Origin: an uncultured Acidobacteriota bacterium
GTDB taxonomy: Bacteria > Acidobacteriota > Thermoanaerobaculia > UBA5066
Direction: 5' to 3'
Length of the DNA stretch: 64,000 nucleotides
Assembly (NCBI GenBank): GCA_963779415.1
Contig: CAVZYA010000001.1
Location: 256,001-320,000, forward strand
The notes under the pieces were generated by a model. It ran no database searches, was not told the origin of the DNA, and saw only the letters and a program-made list of their open reading frames with translations. The translations under genes were made by a program, and so were the position numbers. This document shows positions 9,201 to 21,366 of the stretch, in pieces; position 1 is the first letter of the stretch, and the number at the start of each line of letters is the position of its first letter.

Positions 9201-9821
9201 ATGGGGTACGTGAATAGGAACCTGATGGCGGGTGAGGAGGTCCTGCTCAGGCCGAGATACCACCCGGTCCGCTTCCTCCCCGGCTCACTCGGCATCCTCC
9301 TCGGTGCGATCGTCGCGGCCGGCGCGGTCGTTCTTCCGGCGGGCTCGGCGTCTCCCGGCATTCTCCTCGCCGTGGGCGCCGCGATCGCTCTTGTCGGTCT
9401 TCTCGCCATCGCCCTCCGCGCCGTCGTGGATTCCTTCGACGAGTTCGCGATCACGTCGTTCCGGATCATCAAGAAGACGGGCTTCCTGACGCGACAGGTC
9501 TCCCAGATCCCGCTCGACAAGGTGCAGGATCTGCGTCTGGTGGCGACGCTCTGGGGTCGTTGGCTTTCGTATGGAAATGTCGAGGTCGAGTCGGCCGGTG
9601 AAGACGGGCCGGTCGTCTTCCGGCGAATTCAGAATCCCGAGGCGTTCCGGAACGCCCTCTTCAGCCGGCGAGCGGCGCCGGCCGCTGCCTCGGTGACGCC
9701 GACCACGCCGCTCCGGACGGCGGAAGAGAGACTCGAGGATGTAAAGCGGCTCTTCAAGGCCGGCTCCATCACCGAGGGTGAGTACAAGACGAAACGCCAG
9801 GAGCTGATCCGGGAACTCTGA
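9201..9821 (+). CDS. Membrane protein with bacterial PH domain and C-terminal SHOCT
   Basis: MGYVNRNLMAGEEV; two TM helices; IPLDKVQDL...YGNVEVESAG; C-terminal LFKAGSITEGEYKTKRQEL SHOCT motif. Confidence 0.85.
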   Translation: MGYVNRNLMAGEEVLLRPRYHPVRFLPGSLGILLGAIVAAGAVVLPAGSASPGILLAVGAAIALVGLLAIALRAVVDSFDEFAITSFRIIKKTGFLTRQVSQIPLDKVQDLRLVATLWGRWLSYGNVEVESAGEDGPVVFRRIQNPEAFRNALFSRRAAPAAASVTPTTPLRTAEERLEDVKRLFKAGSITEGEYKTKRQELIREL

Positions 9822-9940
9822 AGGGGAACGAATTACTCCTTTCGCGGGTCGCTTGGGAGTCTTCCCGAATCGAGGACGCCTACGACGATTGCGAAAGTTG
9901 ATTGATGGCCTTTGCTGCCTATTCGCTATGGTTGTGCGGC

Positions 9941-9956
9941 TGGCACGCCTCGTGCG
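9941..9956 (+). promoter_or_regulatory. sigma54 promoter
   Basis: TGGCACGCCTCGTGCG, identical to 54014-54029; upstream of the small ORF at 9988. Confidence 0.75.
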
Positions 9957-9987
9957 TATTCCTTTTTGGGAAAGAAAGGAGAAGACC

Positions 9988-10068
9988 ATGAACCTCATCC
10001 TTTTGGTCGTCGTGTTGGTCCTTTTGTTCGGTGGCGGCGGCTACTACTGGAACAGCAGACGCGGATGA
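9988..10068 (+). CDS. Very small membrane protein (DUF3309-like, 26 aa)
   Basis: MNLILLVVVLVLLFGGGGYYWNSRRG*; AAGGAG RBS; sigma54 box upstream. Confidence 0.75.
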   Translation: MNLILLVVVLVLLFGGGGYYWNSRRG

Positions 10069-10204
10069 ACGCCGGATGAGATTGCAGGCGCTTCGACAGG
10101 CCTGACGAGCATCCTCGAAACCCGGGACCGCCGTTCAATGGACCCGTTGCGGGAATATTGAAAGCCGCAGCCCTCTCGCCGGAAGCATCGGAGAGGGGTG
10201 TGGC

Positions 10205-13200
10205 TCACCGCTTTGCGGCGAGCGCGTCGGGGGTCGGCCCGGAGCCGGAGGGCGCGGCCGCCGCCGCTCCCAGTACGATCCGGACCCGGTGTGTGCCGCC
10301 GCCGTCCAGGAGCGGGATCGCGGCGGGGTCGGCAGGCGCTCCGTCCAGCTCGGCGCTTGCGACTCCGCGGCCGCGGCGCTGGGGGTTCACGACCTCGATC
10401 GCGTAGTGCGTCTTTCCGAAGCGCCACTCGATGGAATAGGCCGGCCACGACGACGGGATGCACGGATTCAGGGTAAAGAAGGCCCCCCGGCGCGCGAGTC
10501 CGAGGATTTCCTCCAACGCCACGCGATACGCCCAGCCGGCCGAGCCGGTGTACCAGGACCAGCCTCCGCGCCCGCGGTGCGAGGGGTGGTCGTAGACGTC
10601 CCCCGCCATGGCGTAGGGCTCGGTCTTGTACTGGTCGACTTCGGCGGCGGTGCGCGAATGGTTGATCGGGTTGAGCATGTGGAAGAGCTCGACCGCCTCG
10701 TCGCCGCACCCGAGGCGCGCCAGAGCGAGGACGACCCACTGGGCCGCGTGCGTGTACTGGCCTCCGTTCTCGCGGACTCCGGGGAGGTAGCCCTTGATGT
10801 AGCCCGGGTCGAGGGCGGTCCGGTCGAACGGGGGTGAGAGGAGAAGGATGACCTGGGAAGTGCGGCGTACGAGCTGCGCGCGCACCGAGTCCATCGCACG
10901 ATCGGCGTGCTTTCGCGGCGCGGCGCCGGAGAGGACGGCCCAGGTTTGCGCCACCGAGTCGAGCTTTCCCTCGTCGTTCTGGGAGGAGCCGAGCGGCGTG
11001 CCGTCGTCGAAGTAGGCGCGCCGATACCACTCGCCGTCCCAGCTCTGCTCCAGCATCGCCCCGAGGCGCTCGCGCTCGGCACGGTAGCGGGCGACGCGGG
11101 GCGCGTCCCCCCGCCCCTCGCAGAACGGACCGAAGGCGCCGAGAACCGAGTGGAGGAGCCATCCGACGAAGACGCTCTCCCCGCGCCCCTCGGGTCCGAC
11201 CCTGTTGTAACCGTCGTTCCAGTCGCAGCTCCCGATGAGCGGCAGGCCGTGGGAGCCGGCGGTCAGCGCGCGGTCGATGGCCCTGAGGCCGTGCTCGAAC
11301 AGGGTGCCGGCCTCTGCCGATACGGCGGGCAGCCCGTAAGCCTCCGCTTCTCCGGGCGGGACGGGGGGCGACTGGAGGAACGGGATCCGTTCGTCGAGGA
11401 CGGCGGCATCTCCGGTCGCTTTCACGTACTCGGCGACCGCGTACGGGAGCCAGAGGAGGTCGTCCGAGCAGTGCGTCCGGATCCCCCGGCCGCACGAGGC
11501 GTCCCACCAATGCTGAACGTCGCCCTCCAGGAACTGGCGCGCCGCGGCCCTGAGGAGATGCGCGCGGGTGAGGTCGGGGCGTGTGAACATCAGCGCCATG
11601 ACGTCCTGGAGCTGGTCGCGGAATCCGTACGCCCCGCTCGACTGGTAGTAGCCGGAGCGCGCCCAGAGGCGGCAGGCGAGGTCCTGGTAGAGGAGCCACC
11701 GGTTCACCAGCAGGTCGAAGGAGTCGTCGGGGGTCGACACGCGCACGGCCCCGAGCGCCTCGTCCCAGAACGCCTCCACGGCGGCGAGCTCGGCCTCTGC
11801 CGCGACGATGCCGCTGGCGCCGCTGTAGCGCCGAAGGAGCGCGCGGGCCTCGTCCAGGTCGCGCCCCTCCCCGACGAGGAAGACGAGGCGCCGCGTCTCG
11901 CCGGGCAGGAGGTCCATGGCCACCTGCAGGGCCGCGCAGGGGTCGAGGCCGGCGCCGAAGCGGCCCGTGAGCCGCGGGCGCCGGAGAGCGGCCGCCCGTC
12001 GCAGCGAGCCATTCCGGCCCAGGAACTCCCGGCGGTCACCGGTGGCCGAGAGAAGCGCCTCGCCGGCGCCCGCGAACGCGACGCGGCCGCCGAAGACCTC
12101 GTTGTAGGGATTGCGCGCCAGGACCGCGCCCGTTTCGCCGTCGCGCTCGGTCACGACGAAGCGCGCCACGCCCGGTTTCGGGGGTCCGAGCGACCACTCG
12201 CTGTATGCGAAGAGGTTGAGACGACGGAGCCGATCCGATCGGTTCGTCAAGGTGAGGAGCGACAGCTTGACCGGCTCCTCCCGCGCCACGAAGACGGCCA
12301 GCTCCTGCGCGATGCCGTGCGTGACACTCTCCCACCGCGTCACGCCGGGCGCGTGGCGGACCACCCAGCGCGGCGAGCGCGGCGTCCGCCTGAGGGGCGC
12401 CGGCGTGGCGCTCCAGAAGGCGCCGGTTTCCTCGTCACGCAGAAGGATGGCCTCGGCGGTCGGATCGGTGACCGGGTCGTTCGCGAACGGAGTGAGGCGG
12501 TTCTCGCGGCTGTTCCCGTGCCAGGTGTGGGCCGCGCCCGATGTGGTGACGATGCTTCCGAATCCCGGGTTCGCGAGGACATTGACCCAGGGGAGCGGGG
12601 TCTCGCGGTCGCCCTCGAGGACGACGACGTACTCGCGACCGTCGCGCGTGAAGCCGCCCAGCCCGTTCTCCATGACGAGGGCCGGGGACTCGATCGGCGT
12701 CTCCGGCCCTTCCTCTTCCGGAGGCTCATCGGCGTGCCAGGCCGGGACCGGAAGGATGGGGTCCGGCTCCTGGCGGTCCAGCTGCTCCTCCAGCCCGCCG
12801 CGGTCGCCGGAGAGAACCGCACGGGCGGCCGTATTGAGGAGAAGCCGGTCGCCCTCCGGCATGGCGTCGCCCCGGAGGAGGAACACTCCCCCGGGCTTTC
12901 CCTTCCAGGCGCCCCAGGCGCCGCCGTCGACGAGCGCGAGGAGCTGCTCGTGCATCTCGTCGCGATAGCTCGCGGGGTGATCGTTCAGGATCACGGCGTC
13001 GGCTTGAATTCCCTTGAGGCGCCAGAGCTCCTGCGCCATCAGAACGTGCCGGACGAGCGGCAGGTCGTCCGGCTCGGTCACCCGGACGAGGACGATCGGC
13101 AGGTCGCCGGAGATGCCGTATGCCCAGAGGGCCGCCTGCCCGAGCGTGCTTCTCGCCAGCATCTCCCTTTCGGCGCGTAGCGAGCCGTCGGAGAAGAAGA

Positions 13201-16200
13201 CCCGGGAGCCGAGCCGCTCGAAGAGCTGGGCTTCCTCCACGGAGATTCCGAGGTGCCGGAGCGAGACCTGCGCGTGCGTGTAGGCCAGGGCGAACGTGCG
13301 GGCGGCGACGCCGGGGTCGTGATACTTCTGCGCCAGGGCGTGAGCGGCCGTCTCGTCCGCGGCCACGCCCGTCGCGAAGGAGAGACGGGCGAAAGCGCCG
13401 GGCGCGAGCCTGAGGCGCGTCCTCAGGCTGAGGATCGGGTCGAGCACGGCGCCCGTGGTGCCGGAGAGCGGACGCCCGTCGAGGGCGACGGGATCGTCGG
13501 GGCCGCGCCCCCGTCCCAGGAATCGCATCCGGTCGGTCTCCCACTCGACCGGTGCCTGCATCCGCCCGTCGATGGAGAGAACGTGAAAGGCGAAGAGCGC
13601 CGGGTCCGAGGCGCTCCGCGGACGGCGGCGAGCGAGAAGGGCCGAACTCTCCCGCAGCCACTCGGTCTCGATGAAGAGCTTCCCGAAGGCGGGTTGTGAG
13701 ACGTCTTCCGAGATGGACGCAAGGGCGATCTCGACGTAGCTCGTCAGCTCGATCTCGCGCGGCCGGTCGCTCCGATTCGTCACGGAGATCCGCCGCACCT
13801 CGGCGTCGTCCTCCGGCGAGACGGCGATTTCGAGGCGCGTCTCGATGCCGTGATCGCTTCGCTCGATCACGGCCTTCTCGGAGAGGAACTCCACGAGATA
13901 ATCTTCCGGCTCCTTGCCGACGGGCTGATAGGCCGCGGACCAGACCGCGCCGCCGTGGACGTCGCGCAGATAGACGAATTGACTCCCCGGGTCGCGAGTC
14001 GGGTCCTCGCGCCACCGCGTGACGGCGCGGTCCCGGCAGAAGCTCGCTCCGCCCCCCGAGTTCGTCACGATCGCGACATACGCGCCGTTCGACAGGATCT
14101 GCGCGCGCGGGTAGGGCGTGTGCGGGGAGCGGAGCCGGCGCGGGGCGCGAGCCAGCGTCGGGGCCACGTGGGTCTCCTCGGCGGGGCGCGGCTCGATGAC
14201 AGGAGCCTCGCGCGGCACCCGCTCCTGCAGGAGAAGCTCGGTCGCCTGGATCCTCGGGTCCGCGTGGAAACGGTCGACCATGACGTCGCCGAGAAGGACG
14301 TCCGCGACGGCGACGAGCGTCATCCCCTGGTGGTGCGCCAGGTAAGTCTTCACGATCACACCGGCGTCGGCACCCGCGCCGGGAGGCGCCGCGGGCGAGC
14401 CGCCGCCGTCGTGGGGCTTTCGGGGCGTGTAGTCGACGGCGTCGTAGTAGCCCAGCGGTCCCTCGGCGCCCTCGCGTGCCAGACGCCTCAGATTCCGCGC
14501 GGCCGCGGACGGATCGACCATCGCGGCGAGCGCGGTCGCGTAGGGCGCGATCACCAGCTCGTCGGCCAGGCCGCGCTTCAGCCCGAGGCCCGGAACGCCG
14601 AAGGCCTTGTACTGATAGCTCCCGAGCCGGTCGACGAGGTTGTAGGCCGACTCGGAGATGCCCCAGGGAACGCCGCGGCCGCGGGCGTACCGCCGCTGCC
14701 GCCGGACGACCATGCGATACGTCTGGTCGAGGAGAGTCCCGGGATACGTCCTCATCAGAAGGAGCGGCATCAGGTACTCGAACATCGACGCGCTCCACGA
14801 GACGAGAGTCGGGACGCCGTCCACGCTCACCACGAGCCGCCCGAGATGGAACCAGTGGCTCTGGGGCACGTCCCCCTTGGCAATGGCGAAGAAACTCGCG
14901 AGGCGCGCCTCCGACGCGAGGAGGTCGTAGTAGGAGCCGTCCAGCCGGCCGGGCCCTCCGGCATCGGCCAGCCGGTAGCCGATCGAGAAGAGCTGGCGTT
15001 CGCGGTCGTAGAGGAATGCGAAGCTCATTCCGTCGGCGAAGGAGAGAGCACGCCGGGCAAGATCGGAGAGGCGCTCTGCCAGCTCCGGTCGCGACGAGGC
15101 CAGCCGGCGGCACCCTTCGGACAGCGCGAGCAGCGCCCCCGCGAGGTTTCCGCTGTCGACCGTCGAGATGTAGCGGGGAGGGAGCGGCGAGAGGTCCCGC
15201 GTGTCGTACCAGTTCAAGAGGTGCCCCTCGTGCCGCTCCAGACCTTCGACGGTCGTCAGCGTCCGTTCCAGCCTCTCGAGCATGGCGTCTGGAGGCAGGA
15301 AGCCCAGATCGTGCGCCGCGAGCGTCGAAAGAAGACCCATCGCGATGTTGGTCGGCGAAGTCCGGTGCGCCACCACGCGGGCCGGCTCCTCCTGGAGGTT
15401 GTCGGGAGGGAGCCCGTGGTCCTCGGGGCCGGTCAGCGTCTCGAAATAGCGCCAGCTCTTCCGCGCGACCGCGAGGAGGAACTCGCGATCCCCGGGCGAC
15501 AGCTCGCGCCGCCGCGGTGCGGCCGGATGGCTGAGCCAGTAGGCAACGAAGGGCGCGATCGCCCAGAGAGCGCCGAACGGGAGAGCGAGGGGGAGCGCAC
15601 GGGGACGCGCCGCGGCGGTGAGAGCCACGAGAACGATGGCGGCGATCGGGTTTACGGCCATCTCCAGAAGGAACGAGCGGGCTCCCTCGCGAAGGAGGCC
15701 GGCCGCCCGTGCCGCCTGCGCGGCGGCGGTCTCCCAGTCCAGCAGGCGGCGCTGCGTGAAGACGAGCCTCACGAGCGTCAGCGCGATGGCATTCACCATC
15801 TCCCAGGCGTGGTACGGGAGAAAGACGAGCGTCAGGAAGGCCTGCGCCGAGGCCGTGCTCAGATCCTCGAGAAGGCCGCGCAGATGGACTCGGGCCGGCT
15901 CGTGCGCGGGGGGCCGCTTCAGCAGGTGAAAGAGAGAGGTGACGAGCGGAAGCGAGACGACCGAAAGACCGGCCAGGGTCCACGCGAGCGGGCTTCCGGG
16001 GAGGACGGTCCATGCGGCTCCGAAGAGAGCGAGGAGGGCGGGAGCCACGAGGCTTCGCCGGAGGTTGTCCAGGATCTTCCACTGGCTGATGAGCGGCAGG
16101 CGGTTCTTCGCGAAGCCGTCTCTCGTCGGGACGACGGGCAGAAGCCAGGCGAGGATCTGCCAGTCACCGCGCACCCAGCGGTGCTGTCGGCGGGCGTGGG

Positions 16201-18460
16201 CGAGGAGGTTGGCGGGATAGTCGTCCACGACCTCCACGTCGGAGACGAGCGCGGTCCTCGCGTGCAGACCCTCGAAGAGGTCGTGCGAAAGGAGCGCGTT
16301 CTCGGGGACGCGTCCGTCCACGGCCGCGCGGAAGGCGTCCACGTCGTAGAGCCCCTTGCCGGTGAAGACGCCCTCGCCGAAGAGGTCCTGGTAGGTGTCG
16401 GAGACGGCCGTCGTGTACGGATCGACCCCCGTGTGTCCGGCGTAGACCCGCGCGAAGAGCGATCCGGCGGCGCTCGAGAGCGTGACGCTGACACGCGGCT
16501 GGAGGATGCCGTATCCCTCCGTGACCCGTCCGACGGACCGGTCGAAGACGGGTCTGTTCAGCGGGTGAGAGAGGATTCCGATCAGCGTCTGCGCGACGCC
16601 CCTCGGGAGCCGCGTGTCCGCGTCGAGCGTGAGGACGTACCGCACCGATGGCAGGATCGACAGCTCTCCCAGCCGTACCGCGTATCCGGTGTCGTCCGGG
16701 TCGCGGAGGAGCCGGTTGAACTCCTCGAGCTTGCCCCGCTTCCTCTCCCAGCCCATGAAGACGCCCTCTTTCGGATTCCACCGGCGCTCCCGGTGGAAGA
16801 GGAAGAAACGGTCCCTGGCGGCCGGGGCGTGGCGGCTGTTGAGGGCCTCGATTCCGGCGACGGCGGCGGCGAGAATCTCCGCGTCGCCCTCCATCGCCTG
16901 TGCGGGCGCGTCCTTGAAGTCACCCAGAATCGCGAAATGGATGTGCGGATCGAGGTTGCCGAGGGCCTGCACCTCCAGGTTCTCGAGAAGCTTCTCGACG
17001 CCCGTCACGCTTCCGAGGAGAGCGGGTACCACCACCATCGTGCGGGCGCTCTCGGGGATGCCTCCGATGAGATCGAGGCGGGCCAATCGACGGGGTGGCA
17101 CGAGCGCGGCGACGAGGCGCTGGACGATGAGCGTGGCAAGCTCGCTCGCGGGGATCGTCGCGAGAAGAGCCGCGGCCGTCACCATGCCGGGAGCCCCCGA
17201 GGCGCGGACGTATTCGATCGCCGCGAGGATGCCGAGGCCGGTCAAGATGCCGATGCCGCCGAGGTACGCCGCCGTCGCGTGGGAGAAGGCGAATCGGCGG
17301 AGCCGCTGTCCCGGCGAAGGGCGAAACGCCACGTCGATCTCGAGGCCAAGCCGGCCCGGGCCGATCAGGTGATGGCCGACGTGCGCGGTCCGGTCGCCGA
17401 TCCCCTTCAGTTCCGCCGCCTGGCGCGCGCTCTCCACGGCGCGCAGGGCGACGCGCACCTGTGCCTCTCCGGTGGGCTCGGCAAGCTTCTCCGCAGCCTT
17501 GCGGTAGCGGTCGCGGCTCTGAAAATCCATTCTCGCGTAGATGGCCGCCGGGTCGCGCCGCAGGATCTGTTCCACCAGGCTGACCCGCTCCACGAAGCGG
17601 CTCCAGTCGAGCGTGCCGCAGAGCCTCAGGCTCGTGATCGTGTTGCCCGTCGAGGCCTGATCGGTGGCCTGACGCTGGTGCTCGGCACGGACGGCGTCCT
17701 CGGACGTCGTCCCTCCGGCGGGGAATGCCTCCTCCATCCGGGCGTGGAGCGAAGAGACTCGCGGGTCGGACTCGCGCATTCGCTGCCTCAGCTGCGCGAA
17801 GAATGCGCTGTGAAGCGGCTCGGGAAGCGGCTCGGGTGAACCGCCATCCGCCAGCCGGTCGAGCACGGCGTCCGCCTCCCGCCGGGCGGCTCGGCCGGAG
17901 AGGATTCCCGCCGCCAGGATTCTAAGGTTCTCCAGGAGGGCGAGCTTGAGCATGCTGGGCCATGCCCAGAGCTCGCCGATCGTCAGCGGCGCCACGGTCT
18001 GATAGGCGAGGACGAAGCGCGTGAGTCGCTCCGCGTCGAGCCGCCCGTCGCCGTGCCGGATCAGCTCCAGCGCCATCGCGTGGATGCGGGCCTTGCCCGA
18101 GAAGTCGCGCGCGGCGAGCCTGGGGAGCTTCTGGTAGTACCGCCGGGGGAGGTCGTGGCGCACGGCACGAGCCTCCGACTCGACGAGGTGAAAGTTGTCG
18201 AGGAGCCACTCGGCCGCGGGGTCGACGGGCTCACCCCGGCGGACGTCGCCGGCAAGGAGACGGTAGGCCTCGCGAAGGACCCGAAGATTCGCGTCCAGCC
18301 GGGTCCGGATGTCGTGCCGTCCCGCGCGGGGCTCTCGCGCGAGCGTGAAAACGCCGGCCAGGGTCTTCGCGCGCTCCTCGAGGCTCTCGAGGCCCAGAAG
18401 CTCGCCTCGCAGAGGCGCTTCTTCCTCAGGAGGGCGCCGTCCGAACAGGAATCGCATCAA
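10205..18460 (-). CDS. ndvB: Cyclic beta-1,2-glucan synthase (GT84 plus C-terminal GH94 phosphorylase)
   Basis: 2751 aa; [50 protein letters not shown]; GH94 motifs [33 protein letters not shown]. Confidence 0.95.
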   Translation of the reverse strand: MMRFLFGRRPPEEEAPLRGELLGLESLEERAKTLAGVFTLAREPRAGRHDIRTRLDANLRVLREAYRLLAGDVRRGEPVDPAAEWLLDNFHLVESEARAVRHDLPRRYYQKLPRLAARDFSGKARIHAMALELIRHGDGRLDAERLTRFVLAYQTVAPLTIGELWAWPSMLKLALLENLRILAAGILSGRAARREADAVLDRLADGGSPEPLPEPLHSAFFAQLRQRMRESDPRVSSLHARMEEAFPAGGTTSEDAVRAEHQRQATDQASTGNTITSLRLCGTLDWSRFVERVSLVEQILRRDPAAIYARMDFQSRDRYRKAAEKLAEPTGEAQVRVALRAVESARQAAELKGIGDRTAHVGHHLIGPGRLGLEIDVAFRPSPGQRLRRFAFSHATAAYLGGIGILTGLGILAAIEYVRASGAPGMVTAAALLATIPASELATLIVQRLVAALVPPRRLARLDLIGGIPESARTMVVVPALLGSVTGVEKLLENLEVQALGNLDPHIHFAILGDFKDAPAQAMEGDAEILAAAVAGIEALNSRHAPAARDRFFLFHRERRWNPKEGVFMGWERKRGKLEEFNRLLRDPDDTGYAVRLGELSILPSVRYVLTLDADTRLPRGVAQTLIGILSHPLNRPVFDRSVGRVTEGYGILQPRVSVTLSSAAGSLFARVYAGHTGVDPYTTAVSDTYQDLFGEGVFTGKGLYDVDAFRAAVDGRVPENALLSHDLFEGLHARTALVSDVEVVDDYPANLLAHARRQHRWVRGDWQILAWLLPVVPTRDGFAKNRLPLISQWKILDNLRRSLVAPALLALFGAAWTVLPGSPLAWTLAGLSVVSLPLVTSLFHLLKRPPAHEPARVHLRGLLEDLSTASAQAFLTLVFLPYHAWEMVNAIALTLVRLVFTQRRLLDWETAAAQAARAAGLLREGARSFLLEMAVNPIAAIVLVALTAAARPRALPLALPFGALWAIAPFVAYWLSHPAAPRRRELSPGDREFLLAVARKSWRYFETLTGPEDHGLPPDNLQEEPARVVAHRTSPTNIAMGLLSTLAAHDLGFLPPDAMLERLERTLTTVEGLERHEGHLLNWYDTRDLSPLPPRYISTVDSGNLAGALLALSEGCRRLASSRPELAERLSDLARRALSFADGMSFAFLYDRERQLFSIGYRLADAGGPGRLDGSYYDLLASEARLASFFAIAKGDVPQSHWFHLGRLVVSVDGVPTLVSWSASMFEYLMPLLLMRTYPGTLLDQTYRMVVRRQRRYARGRGVPWGISESAYNLVDRLGSYQYKAFGVPGLGLKRGLADELVIAPYATALAAMVDPSAAARNLRRLAREGAEGPLGYYDAVDYTPRKPHDGGGSPAAPPGAGADAGVIVKTYLAHHQGMTLVAVADVLLGDVMVDRFHADPRIQATELLLQERVPREAPVIEPRPAEETHVAPTLARAPRRLRSPHTPYPRAQILSNGAYVAIVTNSGGGASFCRDRAVTRWREDPTRDPGSQFVYLRDVHGGAVWSAAYQPVGKEPEDYLVEFLSEKAVIERSDHGIETRLEIAVSPEDDAEVRRISVTNRSDRPREIELTSYVEIALASISEDVSQPAFGKLFIETEWLRESSALLARRRPRSASDPALFAFHVLSIDGRMQAPVEWETDRMRFLGRGRGPDDPVALDGRPLSGTTGAVLDPILSLRTRLRLAPGAFARLSFATGVAADETAAHALAQKYHDPGVAARTFALAYTHAQVSLRHLGISVEEAQLFERLGSRVFFSDGSLRAEREMLARSTLGQAALWAYGISGDLPIVLVRVTEPDDLPLVRHVLMAQELWRLKGIQADAVILNDHPASYRDEMHEQLLALVDGGAWGAWKGKPGGVFLLRGDAMPEGDRLLLNTAARAVLSGDRGGLEEQLDRQEPDPILPVPAWHADEPPEEEGPETPIESPALVMENGLGGFTRDGREYVVVLEGDRETPLPWVNVLANPGFGSIVTTSGAAHTWHGNSRENRLTPFANDPVTDPTAEAILLRDEETGAFWSATPAPLRRTPRSPRWVVRHAPGVTRWESVTHGIAQELAVFVAREEPVKLSLLTLTNRSDRLRRLNLFAYSEWSLGPPKPGVARFVVTERDGETGAVLARNPYNEVFGGRVAFAGAGEALLSATGDRREFLGRNGSLRRAAALRRPRLTGRFGAGLDPCAALQVAMDLLPGETRRLVFLVGEGRDLDEARALLRRYSGASGIVAAEAELAAVEAFWDEALGAVRVSTPDDSFDLLVNRWLLYQDLACRLWARSGYYQSSGAYGFRDQLQDVMALMFTRPDLTRAHLLRAAARQFLEGDVQHWWDASCGRGIRTHCSDDLLWLPYAVAEYVKATGDAAVLDERIPFLQSPPVPPGEAEAYGLPAVSAEAGTLFEHGLRAIDRALTAGSHGLPLIGSCDWNDGYNRVGPEGRGESVFVGWLLHSVLGAFGPFCEGRGDAPRVARYRAERERLGAMLEQSWDGEWYRRAYFDDGTPLGSSQNDEGKLDSVAQTWAVLSGAAPRKHADRAMDSVRAQLVRRTSQVILLLSPPFDRTALDPGYIKGYLPGVRENGGQYTHAAQWVVLALARLGCGDEAVELFHMLNPINHSRTAAEVDQYKTEPYAMAGDVYDHPSHRGRGGWSWYTGSAGWAYRVALEEILGLARRGAFFTLNPCIPSSWPAYSIEWRFGKTHYAIEVVNPQRRGRGVASAELDGAPADPAAIPLLDGGGTHRVRIVLGAAAAAPSGSGPTPDALAAKR

Positions 18461-18478
18461 CGGGAGCGCCTCCGAGCC

Positions 18479-21007
18479 CTAGTCTTTCTGGGGGGGCTGA
18501 TCTTTCTTGTCCTTGTCTTTCTCGTCCTGCTTCTTTTTCTCTTCCGGCGTTGGTGTCTTGGCTTTGGATTGCGCGGCCTTCTGCTCCTCGGCTGCCTTCT
18601 GTGCCTTGGCGCTGGCCGCCTGCTGCTGCTGTTTCTGCGCCTTCGCCTGCTCCTGCTGCTTCTGCGCCTGCTGCTGAGCCGCCTTGCGGGCAGCCTCGGC
18701 TTCCTGGGCCTTTCGGGCGTCAAGCTGCTGCTGCTTCACGCGAGCGGCTTCGGCCTCCTGCTGTTGCTTCTGCACCTTTGCGGCATCGAGCCCCTGCTGC
18801 TGTTTCACCCGAGCGGCTTCGGCCTCGTGCTGTTGCTTCTGCACCTTTGCGGCATCGAGCCCCTGCTGCTGCTTCACGCGGGCGGCTTCGGCCTCGTGCT
18901 GTTGCTTCTGCATCTTTGCGGCATCGAGCCCCTGCTGCTGCTTCACGCGGGCGGCTTCGGCCTCCTGCTGTTGCTTCTGCGCCTTTGCGGCATCGAGCCC
19001 CTGCTGCTGTTTCACCCGAGCGGCTTCGGCCTCGTGCTGTTGCTTCTGCACCTTTGCGGCATCGAGCCCCTGCTGCTGCTTCACGCGGGCGGCTTCGGCC
19101 TCCTGCTGTTGCTTCTGCGCCTTTGTGGCATCGAGCCCCTGCTGCTGTTTCACCCGAGCGGCTTCGGCCTCCTGCTGTTGCTTCTGCACCTTTGCGGCAT
19201 CGAGCCCCTGCTGCTGTTTCACCCGAGCTGCTTCGGCCTCCTGCTGTTGCTTCTGCACCTTTGCGGCATCGAGCCCCTGCTGCTGCTTCACGCGGGCGCC
19301 CTCGGCTTCCTGGGCCTTTCGGGCGTCAAGCTGCTGCTGAGCCGCCTTGCGGGCAGCTTCAGCCTCCTGCGTCTTGCGGGCGTCGAGCTGCTGCTGCTTG
19401 GCGTCCTGCTGGGGATGTGCCTGACCCGGCGTGGCCTGGTGCGTCACGGGCACGGGTGCCGGAATTGCACTCCCTTGCGGTTTCTTCGGAGTGAGGGTGA
19501 CCCGGCCCGACTCGACGACGGCGGAGCGTGAGGGCTGGATGGCCCGGGAAACCGGCGAAAGGCGTGCCGCCTGTGCGGGGTCCACGGGCGCACCATGGTT
19601 CTCGCGGATGAGGCTTGTCTTCTCGTGGAAGAGAGCCGGTGCCGGGGCCGGGGCGAGACGCGTGACCACAGGGCGACTCATAGCCGCGGCCGGCGGGCGC
19701 GGCGCCGAACCGGTGCTCTTCGTCGAGACGCGGATCGAGGATGCGACCGGTACGACGGGGAGCGGGCCGCGAACGACGGGCGCCGCAGAGATCTCGCGCA
19801 CGACCCTCGCATCGCGGATCGTGTTCGTCGCGACTGGTCTACCTGAAATGAAGGTGCTCTGGTTGACCACCGTGACGTACGTGCGGTTCACGTAGGTGAC
19901 ATTCGTGACGGAGGGTAGGTTCGTTTCGCGGGAGCGCGAGCCCCACCACGGAACGAACGGGTCATGGGGCGCCAGCGGGAACCAGCCGACGTCCCCGCCT
20001 CCGCCGACCGAAACGGAGGCCGAGAAGCCGGGACCACCGACGAACGCGACGAGCGCCGGAGCGTAGCGGACCGCCCGGACTTCCGGCCCGACCGGTACCC
20101 AGTACCAGCGCGCTCGTGACGTCACCCAACGTCCGTAGTGATAGGGAGCCCAGCCCCAGGGCTCGTTCGAAACCCAGCTCCAGCCCCAGGGGTCCTGCCA
20201 GGCCCAGCGTCCGGCGCGGTAGGGCTGCCAATCGGCAGACACTCTTGCCGGGCTCCAGCAGGTGCCGTATCCGGGGACCTGCGACCAGGTCCCGTATTGA
20301 TCGAGGTCCTCGACGCCGGAAATGTCGGCGCTGACATAGCGGCGTGAGCCATCGTTGCGGGAGCGCCGCGATCGCGTCGCGACCCATTGGTCCCAGGAGT
20401 CGGGGCGCGGGAGCGACGTGATGTCATAGACGGGCGCGTCGATGCCGTCGATCTCCATCAGTCTTCCCGCGCCGAGCGGCACCTCGCCGCCGGCCGCAGC
20501 CACGTATGCGTGCCCGCGATTGACGATGACGCGGGTGTTGCCGTCACGGTCGACGCCGATCCGATAGTCGCCGGCACGGTCGAACGTGACCGCGGCGTTC
20601 GGAGTGTCGACCTCGAAGGAGTCCCCGGAGCCGATCTGCCGGATGTGAAACGAAGCAGACCCCATCCCCAGCGAGAATTGCTTGACCTCGTAGGTGAGGT
20701 TCAACGCGGCGAGGTCCGTCTCCGGCGCCAGGTAGATTGCGCCGTTCTCGGTCTGGAGCTCCAGACGCGAGTTCTTCGCCGTGTAAAGGCGATCGCCCAG
20801 CGTCATCGGGAAGTTGAGGGACGCCGGCTGCCAGTCGTCCGGGTCGTCGCCTCGGCTGTACGAGACCTGCCCGGAGAAATAGGCCACGCGGACGACCGTC
20901 TGCGTGATGTCGTCGCCGTCCGGCGATTGCGCCTGAGAAGCCGAAGCGAGCGCGAGCGTTGCCAGCAGCGCGATGAGCGCGCGGCCCCGTGTGAGTGTGC
21001 TGTTCAT
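18479..21007 (-). CDS. Secreted FecR plus DUF6600 domain protein with a long Gln/Ala/Lys repeat tail
   Basis: Signal peptide; FecR-like N-terminus (GDRLYTAKNSRLEL, FEVDTPNAAV); Trp-rich WQPYRAGRWAW...EPWGWAPYHYGRW; repetitive C-terminus. Confidence 0.85.
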   Translation of the reverse strand: MNSTLTRGRALIALLATLALASASQAQSPDGDDITQTVVRVAYFSGQVSYSRGDDPDDWQPASLNFPMTLGDRLYTAKNSRLELQTENGAIYLAPETDLAALNLTYEVKQFSLGMGSASFHIRQIGSGDSFEVDTPNAAVTFDRAGDYRIGVDRDGNTRVIVNRGHAYVAAAGGEVPLGAGRLMEIDGIDAPVYDITSLPRPDSWDQWVATRSRRSRNDGSRRYVSADISGVEDLDQYGTWSQVPGYGTCWSPARVSADWQPYRAGRWAWQDPWGWSWVSNEPWGWAPYHYGRWVTSRARWYWVPVGPEVRAVRYAPALVAFVGGPGFSASVSVGGGGDVGWFPLAPHDPFVPWWGSRSRETNLPSVTNVTYVNRTYVTVVNQSTFISGRPVATNTIRDARVVREISAAPVVRGPLPVVPVASSIRVSTKSTGSAPRPPAAAMSRPVVTRLAPAPAPALFHEKTSLIRENHGAPVDPAQAARLSPVSRAIQPSRSAVVESGRVTLTPKKPQGSAIPAPVPVTHQATPGQAHPQQDAKQQQLDARKTQEAEAARKAAQQQLDARKAQEAEGARVKQQQGLDAAKVQKQQQEAEAARVKQQQGLDAAKVQKQQQEAEAARVKQQQGLDATKAQKQQQEAEAARVKQQQGLDAAKVQKQQHEAEAARVKQQQGLDAAKAQKQQQEAEAARVKQQQGLDAAKMQKQQHEAEAARVKQQQGLDAAKVQKQQHEAEAARVKQQQGLDAAKVQKQQQEAEAARVKQQQLDARKAQEAEAARKAAQQQAQKQQEQAKAQKQQQQAASAKAQKAAEEQKAAQSKAKTPTPEEKKKQDEKDKDKKDQPPQKD
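18740..19291 (-). repeat. Coding tandem repeat, 8 x 69 bp (23 aa VKQQQGLDAAKVQKQQQEAEAAR)
   Basis: CGGCATCGAGCCCCTGC recurs at a 69-bp period (e.g. 18781, 18850); 8 near-identical units in the protein. Confidence 0.92.
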
Positions 21008-21046
21008 GTATCAGGTCCTTCCATGCCTCGACAGGCACGTTTTCGC

Positions 21047-21319
21047 TCAGGAGGACGCCTTCCGGCTCCTGCCCACCAGGGTGCCGGTGAGAAAACCGAG
21101 GACGAGACCAGCCCCGAGCGCGCCCAGAGCCACGGTCCCGGGACGGGACCTTACGTAGCCGTCGACAGTCGCGCTGAGGTCGTTCCACGACTCTGTGGCC
21201 GTCCGCTTGACGTCCTCGACGGCTTCCTTCCCGTGTTCCCAGCTATCCTTGAAATGACCTGCGGCCGAGGCCAGGTTGCCCGTTTGATCCGGTGACACCG
21301 GTGTGCTTCTCTGTTCCAT
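21047..21319 (-). CDS. DUF883/ElaB-YqjD-like tail-anchored protein (copy 1)
   Basis: ...VDGYVRSRPGTVALGALGAGLVLGFL; GGAGGAG RBS. Confidence 0.85.
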   Translation of the reverse strand: MEQRSTPVSPDQTGNLASAAGHFKDSWEHGKEAVEDVKRTATESWNDLSATVDGYVRSRPGTVALGALGAGLVLGFLTGTLVGRSRKASS

Positions 21320-21350
21320 GGCGTGCTCCTCCTTCTACGGAGGAGTTCGG

Positions 21351-21366
21351 AGCAAGGCCCGTGCCG
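21351..21366 (-). promoter_or_regulatory. sigma54 promoter (DUF883-DUF6600-cgs operon)
   Basis: CGGCACGGGCCTTGCT; dyad TGAAAACATGACA at 21439-21451 upstream. Confidence 0.8.

Noticed and set aside
18740-19291. CRISPR array
   Set aside because: Units are contiguous, in-frame 69-mers with no unique spacers, and no cas genes are present.
18684-19340. Cys-rich plus-strand ORF (CCCF repeats) as a metallothionein or RiPP precursor
   Set aside because: It is the antisense reading of CAG (Gln) codons in the DUF6600 tail; the same applies to 42104-42895.
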